Source of the DNA: Octopus bimaculoides
Lineage: Eukaryota
Length of the DNA stretch: 64,000 nt
Reading direction: 5' to 3'
Assembly (NCBI RefSeq): GCF_001194135.2
Contig: NC_068987.1
Coordinates: 55,387,116-55,451,115, forward strand
Shown here: positions 39,723 through 52,869 of the stretch, piece after piece
Layout of the letters: each line of letters opens with the position of its first letter
Position numbering within the stretch: position 1 is the stretch's first letter
Translations under genes and position numbers: made by a program
The notes under the pieces: generated by a model
Databases searched by the model: none
Told to the model about the DNA's origin: nothing
The model's input: only the letters and a program-made list of their open reading frames with translations

Positions 39723-40630
39723 CTATACACACACACATGACACTGTTCCCTGTTGTCTTGTCTGCTCTGCTATTCAGGAACTTTATACATCTGACATCAG
39801 CACCTGTTGCCTTCTCTGCTCTGCCTTACAGAAAGTGTACATTTCTAACACCCACCCCTTTAATACACACCGTCTATACAACAAATTATCCACTTGTTTT
39901 GGGGTTTATCCTGACACCAAAATTAGATAAGTTACTCTCCTCAGCATATACAGACTTATCCAAACTTATGAATTTCATTATAATTTTTGTTGCTGTTGAC
40001 TATTGCTACTTTCCTTGGACTCTGAATTTACTTTATAATGTAGATTAGTTGGTGCCTCTATTTCATTAATCAACAGTACCAACAGCCTTGATTAAAAATT
40101 TTTTTTTTTATTTTACAATTATTTTAATCCTGCATTTATTTAAATATTCTTAAGTCTCTTCCTCATCACTTTTTCATTGTGTTCTCTGCTTATATATATT
40201 TCATACAAACTATGTTGATTTGAAAGGAAAATTTTTATTACTAAAGTTGTTAGAAAAAGTCCTTATTAAATAGGTTTGTGACTTAAAATGAGTCAGATGA
40301 TTACCAACAGTGACAGACAATATTCTTCTGATATGGATTAGATTTAGATTATTTTCTTTAGTGTATTCTTCAAGTAGAATGAATTACATCAGTTGTTCCT
40401 AACTTTTGATTACTAAGGACCCTTTTTATTTAAATTAGTTTTTCAATGAACCCCAGTTCTCTTTTACTCAATTGACTTTATTAACTAACAAAAATTTGTT
40501 CTTCCTGTTTTCATTTCTTCATTGTAAGTTATATGTAATTAAGTATTTACACATTGTTCATTTTAAGGTTTTAAAAAACTTGAGCACTGCTTGCTGTTTG
40601 TCCCACCAAAGTCAGGAACTGCTGACTTAC

Positions 40631-40657
40631 AGTTTGAGATGGTGCTGTTTCATCATT
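40631..40657 (-). CDS. Candidate 27-nt micro-exon (NDETAPSQT)
   Basis: T-tract plus cctgtag acceptor and ACT|GTAAGT donor on the minus strand. Open in phase 0. Confidence 0.35.
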
Positions 40658-40693
40658 CTACAGGAAAAAAAAAATGCTTGGAAGTTTGATGAA

Positions 40694-40952
40694 GCAGTGA
40701 TCTGTAATCCTTTTTGCACCATGGTTTGGGAGAATCACACGTAACAAAACAATAAAGTGCATAACATATAATTTAATTATTACAAATATGACACACATAT
40801 ATTACATATGTAATACATATATAATGCAAAATCATCCTACAGACTACAATAGTCAATAAAATAGAAATAAGATTTACAAATATTTTTCTCTATGGCCTGG
40901 TACCAAATGATAGCCTGGTACTGGTGCACAGTTTGGTAGTTGGGGACACCTG
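40694..40952. mobile_element. hAT MITE related to 14218-14476
   Basis: Shared acaataaagtgc.taa.atataatttaattat core. Ends gttggggacacctg. TSD not resolved. Confidence 0.55.
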
Positions 40953-41385
40953 TGACAAAAGATATCAAAGATTTCAATGTTTTTTTTTTTTTTAAATTAT
41001 TTTTTAATATCTTCGTAGTATCTCACTAACAGAAATTTGTTTTTGTTCATTGAGAAGATTGGATCTTGGTACTGCCATCATAAAAGAAAAGGAACAAACA
41101 CCTTATTGCACTTAGTAGTTTCCTTTCTACATTATTTCAAATGTATTGCAGAAATTTCACTACGTACTGCACTATGGATTAACAAAAGCATTGCGAGTAA
41201 AATCTGGTTGAAAGAAACTAGAAGCCTGTCGAAGAGACCATTTCTGTTCTTGGTTGGGAGATTTCTTCTGTTCTTCAGTTTAATACTCCCTTAACTGTAC
41301 ATGTGGATTAGTATAGTGGAGTATGCTTTGCTGCAAAAAATAGGATCAAATCTTCAATCTGAGGATAAGTTTTATCCCTTCTCAC

Positions 41386-41431
41386 CAATTTCAGAAGTTC
41401 TACAAAGGATTTACTACTCTTCCTTCTCTGG
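41386..41431 (-). CDS. Candidate 46-nt exon (xQRRKSSKSFVELLKL)
   Basis: ttactattttttag acceptor and TTG|GTGAGA donor. Only one frame is open and it ends in phase 0. Confidence 0.3.
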
Positions 41432-41461
41432 CTAAAAAATAGTAAAAACAAAAACAAGTGC

Positions 41462-41815
41462 CAGTGTGGTAAGAAGCTTGCTTCCTAGACACATGCTTCT
41501 GGGTTCAGTCCCACTGTGGCACCTTGGGCAAATGTCTTCTATAGCCTCAAGCTGACTAAAGCCTTGTGAGTGGATTTGTTAGGCAGAAACTGAAAGAAGC
41601 CTGTCATATATGTGTGTGTGTCTTTGTGTTTGTTCCCCTACCATCGCTTGGTAACCGATGTTGGTGTGTTTATGTCCCCATAACTTAGCTGTTTGGCAAA
41701 AGAGAGCGATAGGATAAGTTTTAGGCTTACAAAGAATAAGTCCTGGGGCCGATTTCTTTGATTAAATTCTTTAAGGCAGTGCTCCAGTATGGCCGTATTT
41801 AAATGTCTGAAACAT
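41462..41815 (+). mobile_element. CORE-type SINE, family C
   Basis: gtggtaagaagcttgcttcc...ggcaccttgggcaaatgtcttcta...gtctgaaaca. Confidence 0.8.
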
Positions 41816-42322
41816 ATAAAAGAAAAGATTTCCATGAGCAGTCTGTAATTTCCTTCCTCTTTTAATAATTGCCTTTTTTGGTCCCCACATCAGTTAAGAA
41901 CACTGCTACTAACTGCAGCTAAAAAGCATTGTCTCCATGTAGCATCTCTTTATGGTGAGAAGGCTTTCAGGGGACATAATACAGTAATGACTGTGATACA
42001 AACTATTAAATCTGCTTAGTCAGTTGCCCCAGTCTCTCATCAACCGATGTAGCTCAGCTTCTTAGTTACTCTTTTACTTGTTTCAGTCATTTGACTGCGG
42101 CCATGCTGGAGCATCACCTTTAAATTCATGCTTAAAAAATTTTTTTTTTGTTTTGTTATAATCAATTTTCTTATTACCAACACAATTTAAGTTCAGGATA
42201 TTGGTTTGAACGAATTATTTGAAAATGAATAAAATTGCATTTTTTCATTTTTTTTATATTACTCTTTCTCTGGGATGGACTCTAAAACTTGATACAATTC
42301 TTCCTAATAGCTTAAGTTTTTT

Positions 42323-42690
42323 TTGTTGTTGGCACTCCGTCGCTTACGACGTCGAGGGTTCCAGTTGATCTAATCAACGGAACAGCCTGCTCATGAAATT
42401 AACGTGCAAGTGGCTGAGCACTCCACAGACACGTGTACCCTTAACGTAGTTCTTGGGGATATTCAGCGTAACACAGTGTGACAAGGCTGACCCTTTGAAT
42501 TACAGGTACAACAGAAACGAAAGTTGTGGTGGAAGAGTACAGGAGGGTTCGCCACCATCCCCTGCCGGAGCCTCGTGGGGCTTTAGGTGTTTTCGCTCAA
42601 TAAACACTCACAACGCCTGGTCTGGGAATCGAAACTGCGATCCTATGACGCGAGTCTGCTGCCCTAACCACTGGGCCATTGTGCCTCCAC
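42323..42690 (-). mobile_element. Full-length tRNA-derived SINE family A with TSD
   Basis: A- and B-box head and (AAC)n tail. aatagcttaagtt is duplicated at 42306-42318 and 42691-42703. Confidence 0.92.
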
Positions 42691-43755
42691 AATAGCTTAA
42701 GTTAAGTACTGCAAAAAAATAGTCCATTTAATTAAATCAACATTTTTTTCTTAGTGTAATGCTTTCTCTCTAAACTAGTAATATAATATTTGTATCACCA
42801 GAGTTAATTCATATCAAGTTTGCATGGATGACTTGGCCAATTTTGTCATTAACAAGTAGATGTTGTTTCGTCTCAGGTGAGCCCTGATTGAACAGATTTA
42901 TGATCCAAGGCATTCCAACCTTGATCATCCCATTTTTACCATCTAAAGTCTTTCTTTTTTTTAAAGATTGTTGGGTGGTGTTTGAAAAATGTTTAGCTGC
43001 TATTTCTAGTAAGTCAAGTGACCATGTTGAGGTTCAGTGGGTTGGCATAATAGAGTTACAAAATGATTAATTTCCAATTTTTACAGATGAAAGCCTGTGT
43101 GCATTTGACTCATCTAGTTCAAAACCTTAGTCCTTTAGGTTTCAGACCTACATGTTACCTCTCAGTGGGTTGTAATCCAAAATGTATTTTTTCTTTTTCA
43201 TCCATTCAGGGTTGATAAATTAGGTACCAGTTGCGTACTAGAATTGATCTAATTGACTGGCCCCCTCCCCCCAAAATTTCGAGCCTTGTGCCTAGAGTAT
43301 AAAAAAATATTTTACCATTTTTCTTTCAGTTATCATTTTGGTTTGTCAGTTATCATTCAACTTGCATTTTCTGTTGAGACATATTGGTTTCAAATTTTGG
43401 CACAAGGTCAGCAGTTTTGAGGTAGGGATAAGTCAAATACATTGAACTCAATATTCGACTGGTACTTATTTAATTGACCCCAAATGGATGAAATGCAAAG
43501 TTGACCTTGGCAGAATTTGAATTCAGAACATGCTAATGATTCTGTCAGCTCACTGCCTTATTCTGTTGAAGCATCTCTTAAGAATGCTGAATCAGCTTTT
43601 GCTGTAATGCATTTATAGTTAAGTGGGCTGAGCTGCCAAAATTAATGGATTGTACAGAAATCATCAATTCTTTGGCTGGTAGTCTGACACTATTAAATTC
43701 AAATTATGATTCTGTAATTCTAAAATAAATAAGCACAGTGATGAATACTGTAGAG

Positions 43756-44053
43756 CAGGGTATTTCAAACTGTGGTCCGCGGACCACAGGGGGTCTGCAA
43801 GGACAAGACAGAGGGTCCGTAGACAGCAAATACTTTTTATGGGCAATTTGATTTTATATATGTTTTTTAATCGAAATCTTTTAATTGACAATGAACCTAT
43901 TCTGTTAAATACTGTTAAATAAACAAATGTAAAAATATATGTTATTTTAAGCAAACATTTATGTATAAATTTCATAAGCGTTTATAAGGGGATCCCTAAG
44001 GTAAAGCCTGAAATATAAAGGGGCCCGCAAGTCAAAAAGTTTGAAAACCCCTG
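43756..44053. mobile_element. hAT MITE
   Basis: TIRs cagggtatttcaaact / agtttgaaaacccctg. 8-bp TSD ctgtagag / ctgtggag. Confidence 0.85.
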
Positions 44054-44504
44054 CTGTGGAGCATAAACTGGGTGTCTGGCTAACTGGAGCTACAATGCAC
44101 TTTTAATTTTGAGTTAAAGCCAATTAATTTGTTGTCAGGTTTAATCCAACAACCTGGCTCTTGGGTGTCTTTAATGGGTTCCAATATGTTGCAGTTATTT
44201 GGACCAGGTCTCTGAAGCTCCAAAATGTGTCTCAGGCACTGCTTTTCCACCTCCAATTAAAAAATTTATAAAACAAATTATTCTGATAATTTGGAAAAAC
44301 ATGAATATCACAAAACAAATCACCTTTTCCTAAGGCCTTTGTATCTTTACAAGATAAAGAAAATATGTATTTATGTTTAGATTGTATGTGTAGCGACTTG
44401 AAAGCTTACACTTGTTTTTTTTGAACATGAAAGAATTTTCTGGGGTTAGTAGTGCAAAATTTCTGGCTACATGGCTGGAAGTTCAAAATTACACAACCAT
44501 TGCA

Positions 44505-44653
44505 TTACTGCACTCTCGGAGTGGTTGATGTTAGGAAGGGCATCCAGCCGTAGAAACTCTGCCAAATCAGATTGGAGCCTGGTGTCGCCTCCTGGTCCAC
44601 CAGTCCTCAGTCAAATCGCATGGAAAGCGGACGTTAAACGATGATGATGATGA
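44505..44653 (+). mobile_element. RTE 3'-tail fragment
   Basis: Near-identical to 23840-24003, ending gttaaacgatgatgatgat. Confidence 0.8.
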
Positions 44654-45106
44654 TTGCATTGTGTTTCATGGTAAGGATCAAAACAGTTTTTATCACAGTT
44701 TTACTAACAGCAGATGTTTATTATTACTTCATGGTCGACTAGTTAGTGCTAGGATGTTTATACAGCTGTAATACTAAAACAAAGCAAAACACCCTTTATG
44801 CATGCATGAAATGTTTAAACATACACAAACTATCTCACAAAGAAAAAAGCCATCTTGTGGATGTCTTTGTAGTTAAATTTGGCCTTTAGCATTAAGATGT
44901 AGAGTATTTCTTAAAAACATTTTTCAGTTACTTTAAAACTCTAGTTGTGATAGGTATAGATGATAACAGTTTGGCAAAGAAACACCAAATGATCTAAATG
45001 GAAAAAGAAGATATAGAAGGACTTGCTAAAGACTGATCTGAGGAGATGACAAACGACTAGGACAAGTAGTGATTTGTTGTGTTTGAGAATCCCGGTCCAG
45101 CTTATC

Positions 45107-45512
45107 GTTGTTGGCACTCCGTCGCTTACGACGTCGAGGGTTCCAGTTGATCCGATCAACGAAACAGCCTGCTTGTGAAATTAATGTGCAAGTGGCTGAG
45201 CACTCCACAGACACGTGTACCCTTAACGTAGTTCTTGGGGATATTCAGCGTGACACAGTGTGACAAGGCTGACCCTTTGAATTACAGGCACAACTTTCTC
45301 TCACTCTTTCTTCCTGTTTCTGTTGTGCCTGTAATTCAAAGGGTCAGCCTTGTCACACTGTGTCACGCTGAATATCCCCGAGAACTACGTTAAGGGTACA
45401 CGTGTCTGTGGAGTGCTCAGCCACTTGCACGTTAATTTCACGAGCAGGCTGTTCCGTTGATCGGATCAACTGGAACCCTTGACGCCGTAAGCGACGGAGT
45501 GCCAACAACAAC
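45107..45512. mobile_element. Head-to-head palindrome of two 5'-truncated SINE A 3' halves
   Basis: Arms 45107-45294 and 45322-45509 (188 bp each) with a 27-nt spacer. Confidence 0.92.
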
Positions 45513-48029
45513 AAACATGTGTATATATATATATATATATGTATACAAATATGTATGCATACGTATGTATATTTATTTGTGTGAAAAAGTGAAATCAGTC
45601 TGGTTAATTCATAGTTTGTTATTCAACCTTCATCAGAAGAAGACTATCCATCCATCTATGGAGAAATTAGTAGCTTATAGCTATTCAAAGTGTATACGAA
45701 CTTGAAAGCAACTAAACTGGTCTTCCAGCATTATATTTCAAATTAACTCAAAACTTAATTAATTAACCATGCTGTCCATACATGCATGATTGTGCAAATT
45801 AGACCAATTTAACACTGTAAGTGATCTAACTGCAAGCAAATACTTTGTCTGCAGGCAAAGGTGAAAGTTCTTTCTCTGATGACGGCCTAAGAAGGTTAGA
45901 AACTACCAAAATTGATGTTATTTTACCTATCCACTGAGAGATAAATTGTTGTGCTGTAACCAGTTTGTTTATTTTTCACTGTATGTTTATCAATGACGTA
46001 TCCCAGGGGCCTGTAAAGTTTTTATCTGACTCTACTGTCTGCTACAGAGCATGGCAATAATGCTCTTATACTGTATTATCATTTCGTCTGGATGATGAAG
46101 TTGAAATGGTCTTGAAACTAAACATGTAGGACTAATATAAGGAAATAAGAAAATTCTTTCATAGAGAAGGTGACTTCAACCCAGTTGTGTCTTCAGTACA
46201 CAAACACATGTATGCATACATACATACATGCATAAATACATACGTCATGTTTGTTTATTGATGTTTTCCCTATAATCCTTTGTCATCCTCCTCTGCCACC
46301 TTTACATACATGCATGCATACATATCTATGTACGTATGTACATGCATGCATGCACACATACATACATACATACATCTGTACAATCAATTGGTTGGAACAA
46401 CAATTTCCACTGATACTGTGCATACCAGACAAGACTGTGAAACCTGTTTTACCCATGCCTGCATGCCTAACCAGCAAAAAAAGTGTATAAAATGTTGATA
46501 CTGACACTTTTATATTTACATTTGTATAATTTCTCATTAAATATAACCTACTTTTTAAAATAACAACTCCAGCTAAGAAATTTTACAGTAAAATCAAAAT
46601 CAAAATTGTATGGCTTGTACGTTTTTAATTTTTGTTTTTATGGTGTAACACTTTCATTTACTTTTTGTTGAATGTTTGAGTGATTTGAAGAAAAAAAAAA
46701 TCCTCTTTGTTTATTTTGTTATAAGATAAAGAAAGGTAGACAAAATGTTGAGTTTTACATAGGATAGTAATGTTGCACACCAACAGTCATACATGGAGCT
46801 GATAGCCGCCAGGGAATTATTACTGAATGTCAGATTGTGCAATATAGTTCTCAGCTTGTCGGTTGCATAGCATATTTGGAATAATAGATCTGTAGGTCAC
46901 GCCAAGTCATTCTGTTGGTTATATGTGTGCCATAGTTCTGCTAAACCTCATCTCAAAAAACTTGGGACTTCACAACAACAGGTTCATAATTTGAACCAAG
47001 ATCAAAATTTAACAGTAGGGTCGACTGAATTGATTACGTACTCTGCTCAAAACATTAAGTAGTGAACTTGTTTCCTACAAGAAAACTTTATCTTAATACT
47101 GCAATATAATGCTGTTAACTGTATGAAGGCACGTGACCTAGGGGTTAAACTTCATTTCTCATTGTTTCTGTATACTCATTTGAAAAATAAAGTCCCAGCC
47201 GATTGCTGGTGCAGCTTTCCTTCGCTCATTAGTGTTACATCCTTGATGTTTGATGGTGAAGGTAGGTACGAGAGGGAGACTATGTTTGTGCCTCTACAGG
47301 TACCTAAAAGAAGTAATGAAAACATGCTACTTACTGCCAAGTCACACTTGGTTGTGAGTGAGATTTTGCTTTTTGTTAATTGCAACTCATTGATATTTGT
47401 TAATTATGCAGTGATCTTGCTCAACATCTCCATGATACTCACAGACTTAATACTTATGCTGTATCTCAGCTTACAATGGTGATCTGTACTTACACATAAT
47501 ACTTATTAACAACTTTGTAGACCAGCAAGAGTTAAGTACACATAGCGGCCCAATCACTATTGACGCTGGAAGGGATTATTGAATATTCAATTGTGCCTAG
47601 TGTAATTGCATTAAATTAATTATCACCAGTCCTTATTTTAATACAAGTAAGAGTTGAATCTCGAAACAAATGGAAACAAGCTAATTACTAGCGAAATGTC
47701 TAAGAACTAATTAACATAAGGAACTTGCTTAACTGCCAAATCCCCCTCAAATAAAACCCTATTGCTTTTAAAAGACAACATTTTGGAAAATGTCATGGAT
47801 GCTTTATATCCAAATAAAAATGGGATGGTCATATGTGGAACGCCTTTGCTCATAGGCTACTCTGTCAGGTTCCACGTTTGCCTGGCAGTTGATAGATATA
47901 TAGTTCGAATCGCATGGTGGGCTCTGTATTCTCTGCTCTAGAAATTTCCTGCTGTCGTCAACTTTCATATATCTAGGAGGGCTTTCTCTTGAATAAATTA
48001 AAAGAACAGAAAAGGTAAAGAAAAAAAAA

Positions 48030-48630
48030 ACCGCTTAGCGGCATTTCGTCCGTCTTTTCATTCTGAGTTCAAATTGTGTCATGGTCGACTTTGCCTCTCA
48101 GCCTTTCGGGGTTGATAAAAAAAAATAAGTTCCAGTCGTGCACTGAGGTCGATGTAATCAACTTACCCCCTCCTCTGATATTGCTGACCTGGTACTAATG
48201 TTTGAAACCAATATTAAAGTGTGATTCTAAACAAGTACCAATTTTATTCTGAGGTCAGTTTTATTATATATAGATCTTTATAAGTACAAGTTTTATACTG
48301 GTACTATTTTAACTGATATTTATGTGTGTGTGTGTCTATCTACATTGCTATGTAAAAATTGTCAAGCTCCTAGTCGAACAAGAAATTATTTAGATAATTC
48401 TTTCCTCCATTATTCTTTTCCGCTTAATTTAACGAAATATTTAGCAAAACAAAAACAAAAACTGAAGTAATTGAAAAGGATAAAATATTACATAATCTTT
48501 TCTTCTCTAAGACAAGGCCCGAAATTTTTTGGGAGGGGACCAGTCGATTAGATCGACTCCAGTAAGAAACTGATACCTAATATATCGACCCCGAAAGGAT
48601 GAAAGGCAAAGTCGATCTCGGCGGAATTAC
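48030..48630. mobile_element. SINE family B copies: plus at 48030-48215, minus at 48510-48630
   Basis: gcttagcggcatttcgtccgtc...ctgagttcaaatt...gtcgac. A further plus copy lies at 49230-49380. Confidence 0.7.
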
Positions 48631-50049
48631 ATAATATTGATAATACTGGATTGTCAGTGCAATTTTTACCTGTGTATTAAAATTCATACCATCAACAAAC
48701 ACTCTCAAGTTAACAAGAGTTTTTCCCCTTCGCTCTTAAATCTCGGAGACTGTAGATACTTTCCTCACAGTCGTATTGAGTGAAATAATTTAGTAACAGC
48801 CATTCATTTATATTTGTACTTCAATAAACACATGATTCCCATGTGTTTATTATAATAGAGATATAATTTGTGTTAATGTTTTTTTAATAGGCGCTCTCCA
48901 TTTCAGCTTACGTGAAAGTGTATGATAGGTTTAAAGAAAAGTCGTGTATGATAGGTTTAAAGAAGACATGGGCAACTTTTTTTGCGCCTCGGTCCGCGTG
49001 GAACATAGTTCATGAGACGGACTGCACGACTAAAAAATCCAAGGCAATTTTTCGTTAGATGTGCCACTGAGTAAGTCCTGCCGGCCGTAGTTTGCTTATC
49101 TTAGCTTAGACAAATTTGAATCTGAATATAACTCTAGTCCGGTGGCTCTTATGCTTTTACGCTCAGCGCCTCTTTCATAGAATAACGTTTAAAAACCCTC
49201 CTTTGCATATTTGAAAACAAAAGCAAACAGCTTTACGTTCTGAGTTCAAATGTTACCGGAGTCGACTTTGTCTTTCATCCTTTCCGAGTCGATAAAATAA
49301 GTACTAGTCCAATACTGGGATCTATGTAATCGACTTACTAGCCCTATGCTAGCCCTATGTCAAAATTTTGAAACCATTATTAATCCAACAGAAGTTAATT
49401 TTCCGCTGAATCTTGTTATTCATATTTTCATATACTAATCCTCATCCATGTGCACTGGCGTATCGTGGGTTTTGGCTCTCCCCTTCCTTAAATATAATAT
49501 ACTTTCAAGTCCAGGGTAATTGCTATGAAAGCTAAATCAAAATAGGTTTTCAACAAATTTTTAAGTGCCCAGAGAATCACTACACACCTGCAACGGTATG
49601 TTCAAATGGTTTATTTTCGGTCAGATACATACATACATACATACATACATACATACATACATACATACATACATACATTCTTATTTGTACCTATCATCAT
49701 ACCAATAAATTCGCACAAAAATCTAGAAACACTTGGTTTCACGGAGAAAGAGCAAGAGAAACAGATGCGGATTCTCCAAAACCAATCTATTAGTGGCACA
49801 GGTAAGATATGTAAGACATTCCAAAAATTCTCCATCTGAGATTCTTATATGAATAGATGCACACACTTAGGTGTATGCATCGACAGTTCAACCAGCATGC
49901 TACCTCAACCACATGTTTACAAGCACCGGGAACTCTCTTAACTGAAAAAAAGTCTTATCGCTTTGTTAGCGACCAACTTGAACTTTCTCAAGAAAAACTT
50001 CAATAAAACTGAAAGAAATATACACCTGCCCACTCACGCACGCATGCAC

Positions 50050-50507
50050 TCACTCACTCACACACATACATACATACATACATATGTACATACATACATA
50101 CGTACATACATACGTACATACATACATAGATACATACATACATAAATAAATACGTACGTACATACATACATACATACATACGCACATACATACATACGTA
50201 CGTACGTACGTACATACATACATACGTACATACGTACATACATACATACGTACATACATACGTACATACATACGTACATGCATACGTACGTACATACATA
50301 CACACGTACATACATACATACGTACATACATACATACGTACGTACGTACATACATACATACATACGCACATACATACATGCATACGTACATACGTACAAA
50401 CATACATACATACATACGCACATACATACATACATACATACATACATACGTACATACATACGTACATACATGCATGCATACATACATACGTACATACATA
50501 CATACAT
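50050..50507. repeat. Compound (CATA/CGTA)n microsatellite
   Basis: About 460 bp of tetranucleotide variants. Produces the spurious MYVC-type ORFs. Confidence 0.95.
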
Positions 50508-50525
50508 ATATTCCGTAACAAAGAG

Positions 50526-50776
50526 TTCACAGTGAGGTAAAAGAAAAATGTAGGTATCAAATGTTGGCAGGATACTGTAGATATATAAATACCAAATCTA
50601 ATTTAAACTGTAGATCCGAAACAGGGTTGGCTCCAGGTGCAGCGTAGGTATAAAAAGGCCACGCCTAGAACCAACTCTGATTCGGATCTACGGTTTAAAT
50701 TAGATTTGGTACTTACATAATTATAGTATCCAACCAACACTTGATACCGTCATTGTTGTTTTTACCTCACTGTGAA
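50526..50776. repeat. Foldback element with a central TATAAAAA loop
   Basis: Arms of about 105 bp or more. The inner 41 bp have 3 mismatches. Confidence 0.8.
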
Positions 50777-50900
50777 GCTTGTGTTATTGCACCAAGCGAT
50801 TTCTCGTGTTCTTCGTATTAATGTGCCCAGATTCTATTGAATCCTATAACTAATACCTACCTACCTACCTACATAGATACATACATACGTACGTACGTAC

Positions 50901-51223
50901 GTTGTTGTTGGCATTCCGTCGCTTACGACGTCGAGGGTTCCAGTTGATCCAATCAACGGAACAGCCTGCTCGTGAAATTAACGTGCAAGTGGCTGAGCAC
51001 TCCACAGACACGTGTACCCTTAACACAGTTCTCGGGGATATTCAGCGTGACACAGTGTGACAAAGCTAACCCTTTGAATTACAGGCACAACANNNNNNNN
51101 NNAGCTTCGTGGAGCTTTAGGTGTCTTCGCTCAATAAACACTCACAACGCCCGGTCTGGGAATTGAAACCGCGATCCTATGACCGCGAGTCCGCTGCCCT
51201 AACCACTAGGCCATTGCGCCTCC
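50901..51223 (-). mobile_element. SINE family A inserted in a (TACG/TATG)n tract
   Basis: Full head and tail with a 10-N gap. Confidence 0.88.
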
Positions 51224-51953
51224 CCTACGTACGTATGTATGTATGTATGTATGTATGTATGTATGTATGTATGTATGTATATCATGCACACGTGCTCGCA
51301 CGCACACGTTAGTTGTTACGTATAAAAGAAAGAAGTTTTCAGTACGACAAACAGAATATGAATTATTTATTTCAGTCAGCTGAAGTGAATGTTGGTGAAT
51401 AACTGAGGTATCTTCCTACATAATAACAATTTCTCAATCAATAAGAGTTCGTAATAAAATAGAGGCCTTTAGTAGGCAACGGATACACGCTTAGATCACA
51501 GTACTTACTAGGAGGCGATATATATATATAAATTCTTTTTATTAGCTTGCATCATTCTTGTGTAAACATTATATTATAATAAGTATTTATTCGCGTTAAA
51601 TCGAGGCCTTCGTACAATTAATGCAAGGGAAGTAACTCTCAAGTAATTTACTTTGGAAGGGCGGTAATTAAAAACAGCCAAGCTTCGCCAATGACCTGAA
51701 AATACATGGTTACAGAGAATGGTGTTACAAAGAATCACATAGAACTGACAAAAGTTTGAAACATTGTTGATATGGAGTTGCTTAGACAAATTTCTGAGTT
51801 AATAAAGGGTGTTACAGAGGTAGGATTAATGTTCAAAGTCAATATACTTTTTTGATTACTGATTTTTCTCCTTTACTCTTAAATTGCTGTTTATCACAAT
51901 TTATAAAAAAAATGATGATGGTGATGATGATGATAATAATAATAATAATAATA

Positions 51954-51987
<34 letters not shown>

Positions 51988-52013
51988 TTGATAATAATAA
52001 TAATAATAATAAA

Positions 52014-52560
52014 TACCCTGATGAGACACCAGGCAGTGGCTCATAGCTTCTGATCTTAACTGATTGGAATTGTTATCATGTACTTGTTTTGTCCTGATAT
52101 AAAAAATGGTCTACAGCAAATATTCTGCTCCATACCACAGACTTGCTTGTCAACTGCTTGATCTTAACCAGATGAGCATATCCCTTAGTGGCTGATAGTA
52201 TGTGCATCTCTGATCGCGAGCAGGAGTAGTGGGTAAGTATCATAGCTATGTGTTGAGAGGTATTCTTTGGGGTTTGGATAACCCACCGTTGGAAACATGG
52301 GTATTTCGTTCAAACTTTATTCAGGGACCTTTTGAGCGGGATGGGTTACTCGACCTGAAGAAAATTCTAACTGGGCCCTACCTGCAAGATCACGCACTGT
52401 TTTTTTATATTTTTTATATGAGATCACCATGTTGTGCACATATGGTTATGATGCATATGCCTGGTGTACTCTTATCAGACGGGTAGTCATGATGGGTGTA
52501 CTGGGTTTCGTTTATTTGAACCCCAGTGTCGCTTTGATGGCATACGTTGCTCTCTCACTC
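52014..52560 (+). mobile_element. Dispersed repeat (probable LINE 3' end) embedded in (TAA)n
   Basis: Flanked on both sides by long (AAT)n. A homologous fragment lies at 36615-36765. Confidence 0.55.
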
Positions 52561-52603
<43 letters not shown>

Positions 52604-52604
52604 G

Positions 52605-52638
<34 letters not shown>

Positions 52639-52708
52639 AGGTCGTCAAGTATGAACTTTGTAGAAAAGAAAAAAGTTTGCTAATGTTTTATAAATACAAG
52701 GAATAGTT

Positions 52709-52855
52709 TTATTCATCAAAGTATGCACCCATATTGTCGATACACTTTTGCCATTTCAGCCGTAGCTTGTCCAGCCCGGAACTTTAAAAGCCTGGCAATA
52801 TAGAGTCAATAAAATCTTGGAAGGCCTGTTTTACAGTTTCGTCCGAATTACCTTA
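52709..52855 (-). mobile_element. Mariner transposase C-terminal relic
   Basis: Translates as NSDETVKQAFQDFIDS...GLDKLRLKWQKCIDNMGAYFDE*, matching the mariner C-terminal WQKC...G.YF pattern. Confidence 0.7.
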
Positions 52856-52869
52856 ACCACTAAGAGTGC

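Noticed and set aside
40390-41905. Possible 1.5-kb hAT element (cagttgttcctaac / gttaagaacactg)
   Set aside because: The 8-bp flanks (aattacat vs ctactaac) do not match, so no TSD.
45876-45905. CTGATGA-c-ggcct/aggtt-a-GAAAC hammerhead-like core (and a weaker one near 46087-46125)
   Set aside because: No stem I or stem III partner or cleavage triplet could be found. At best a decayed relic.
47123-47482. 119-aa ORF in unique-looking sequence
   Set aside because: No recognisable domain and no consistent exon structure on either strand.
50050-50560. MYVC/HTYI-type ORFs (also near 56.8-57.1 kb and 58.5-58.8 kb)
   Set aside because: Translations of microsatellites.
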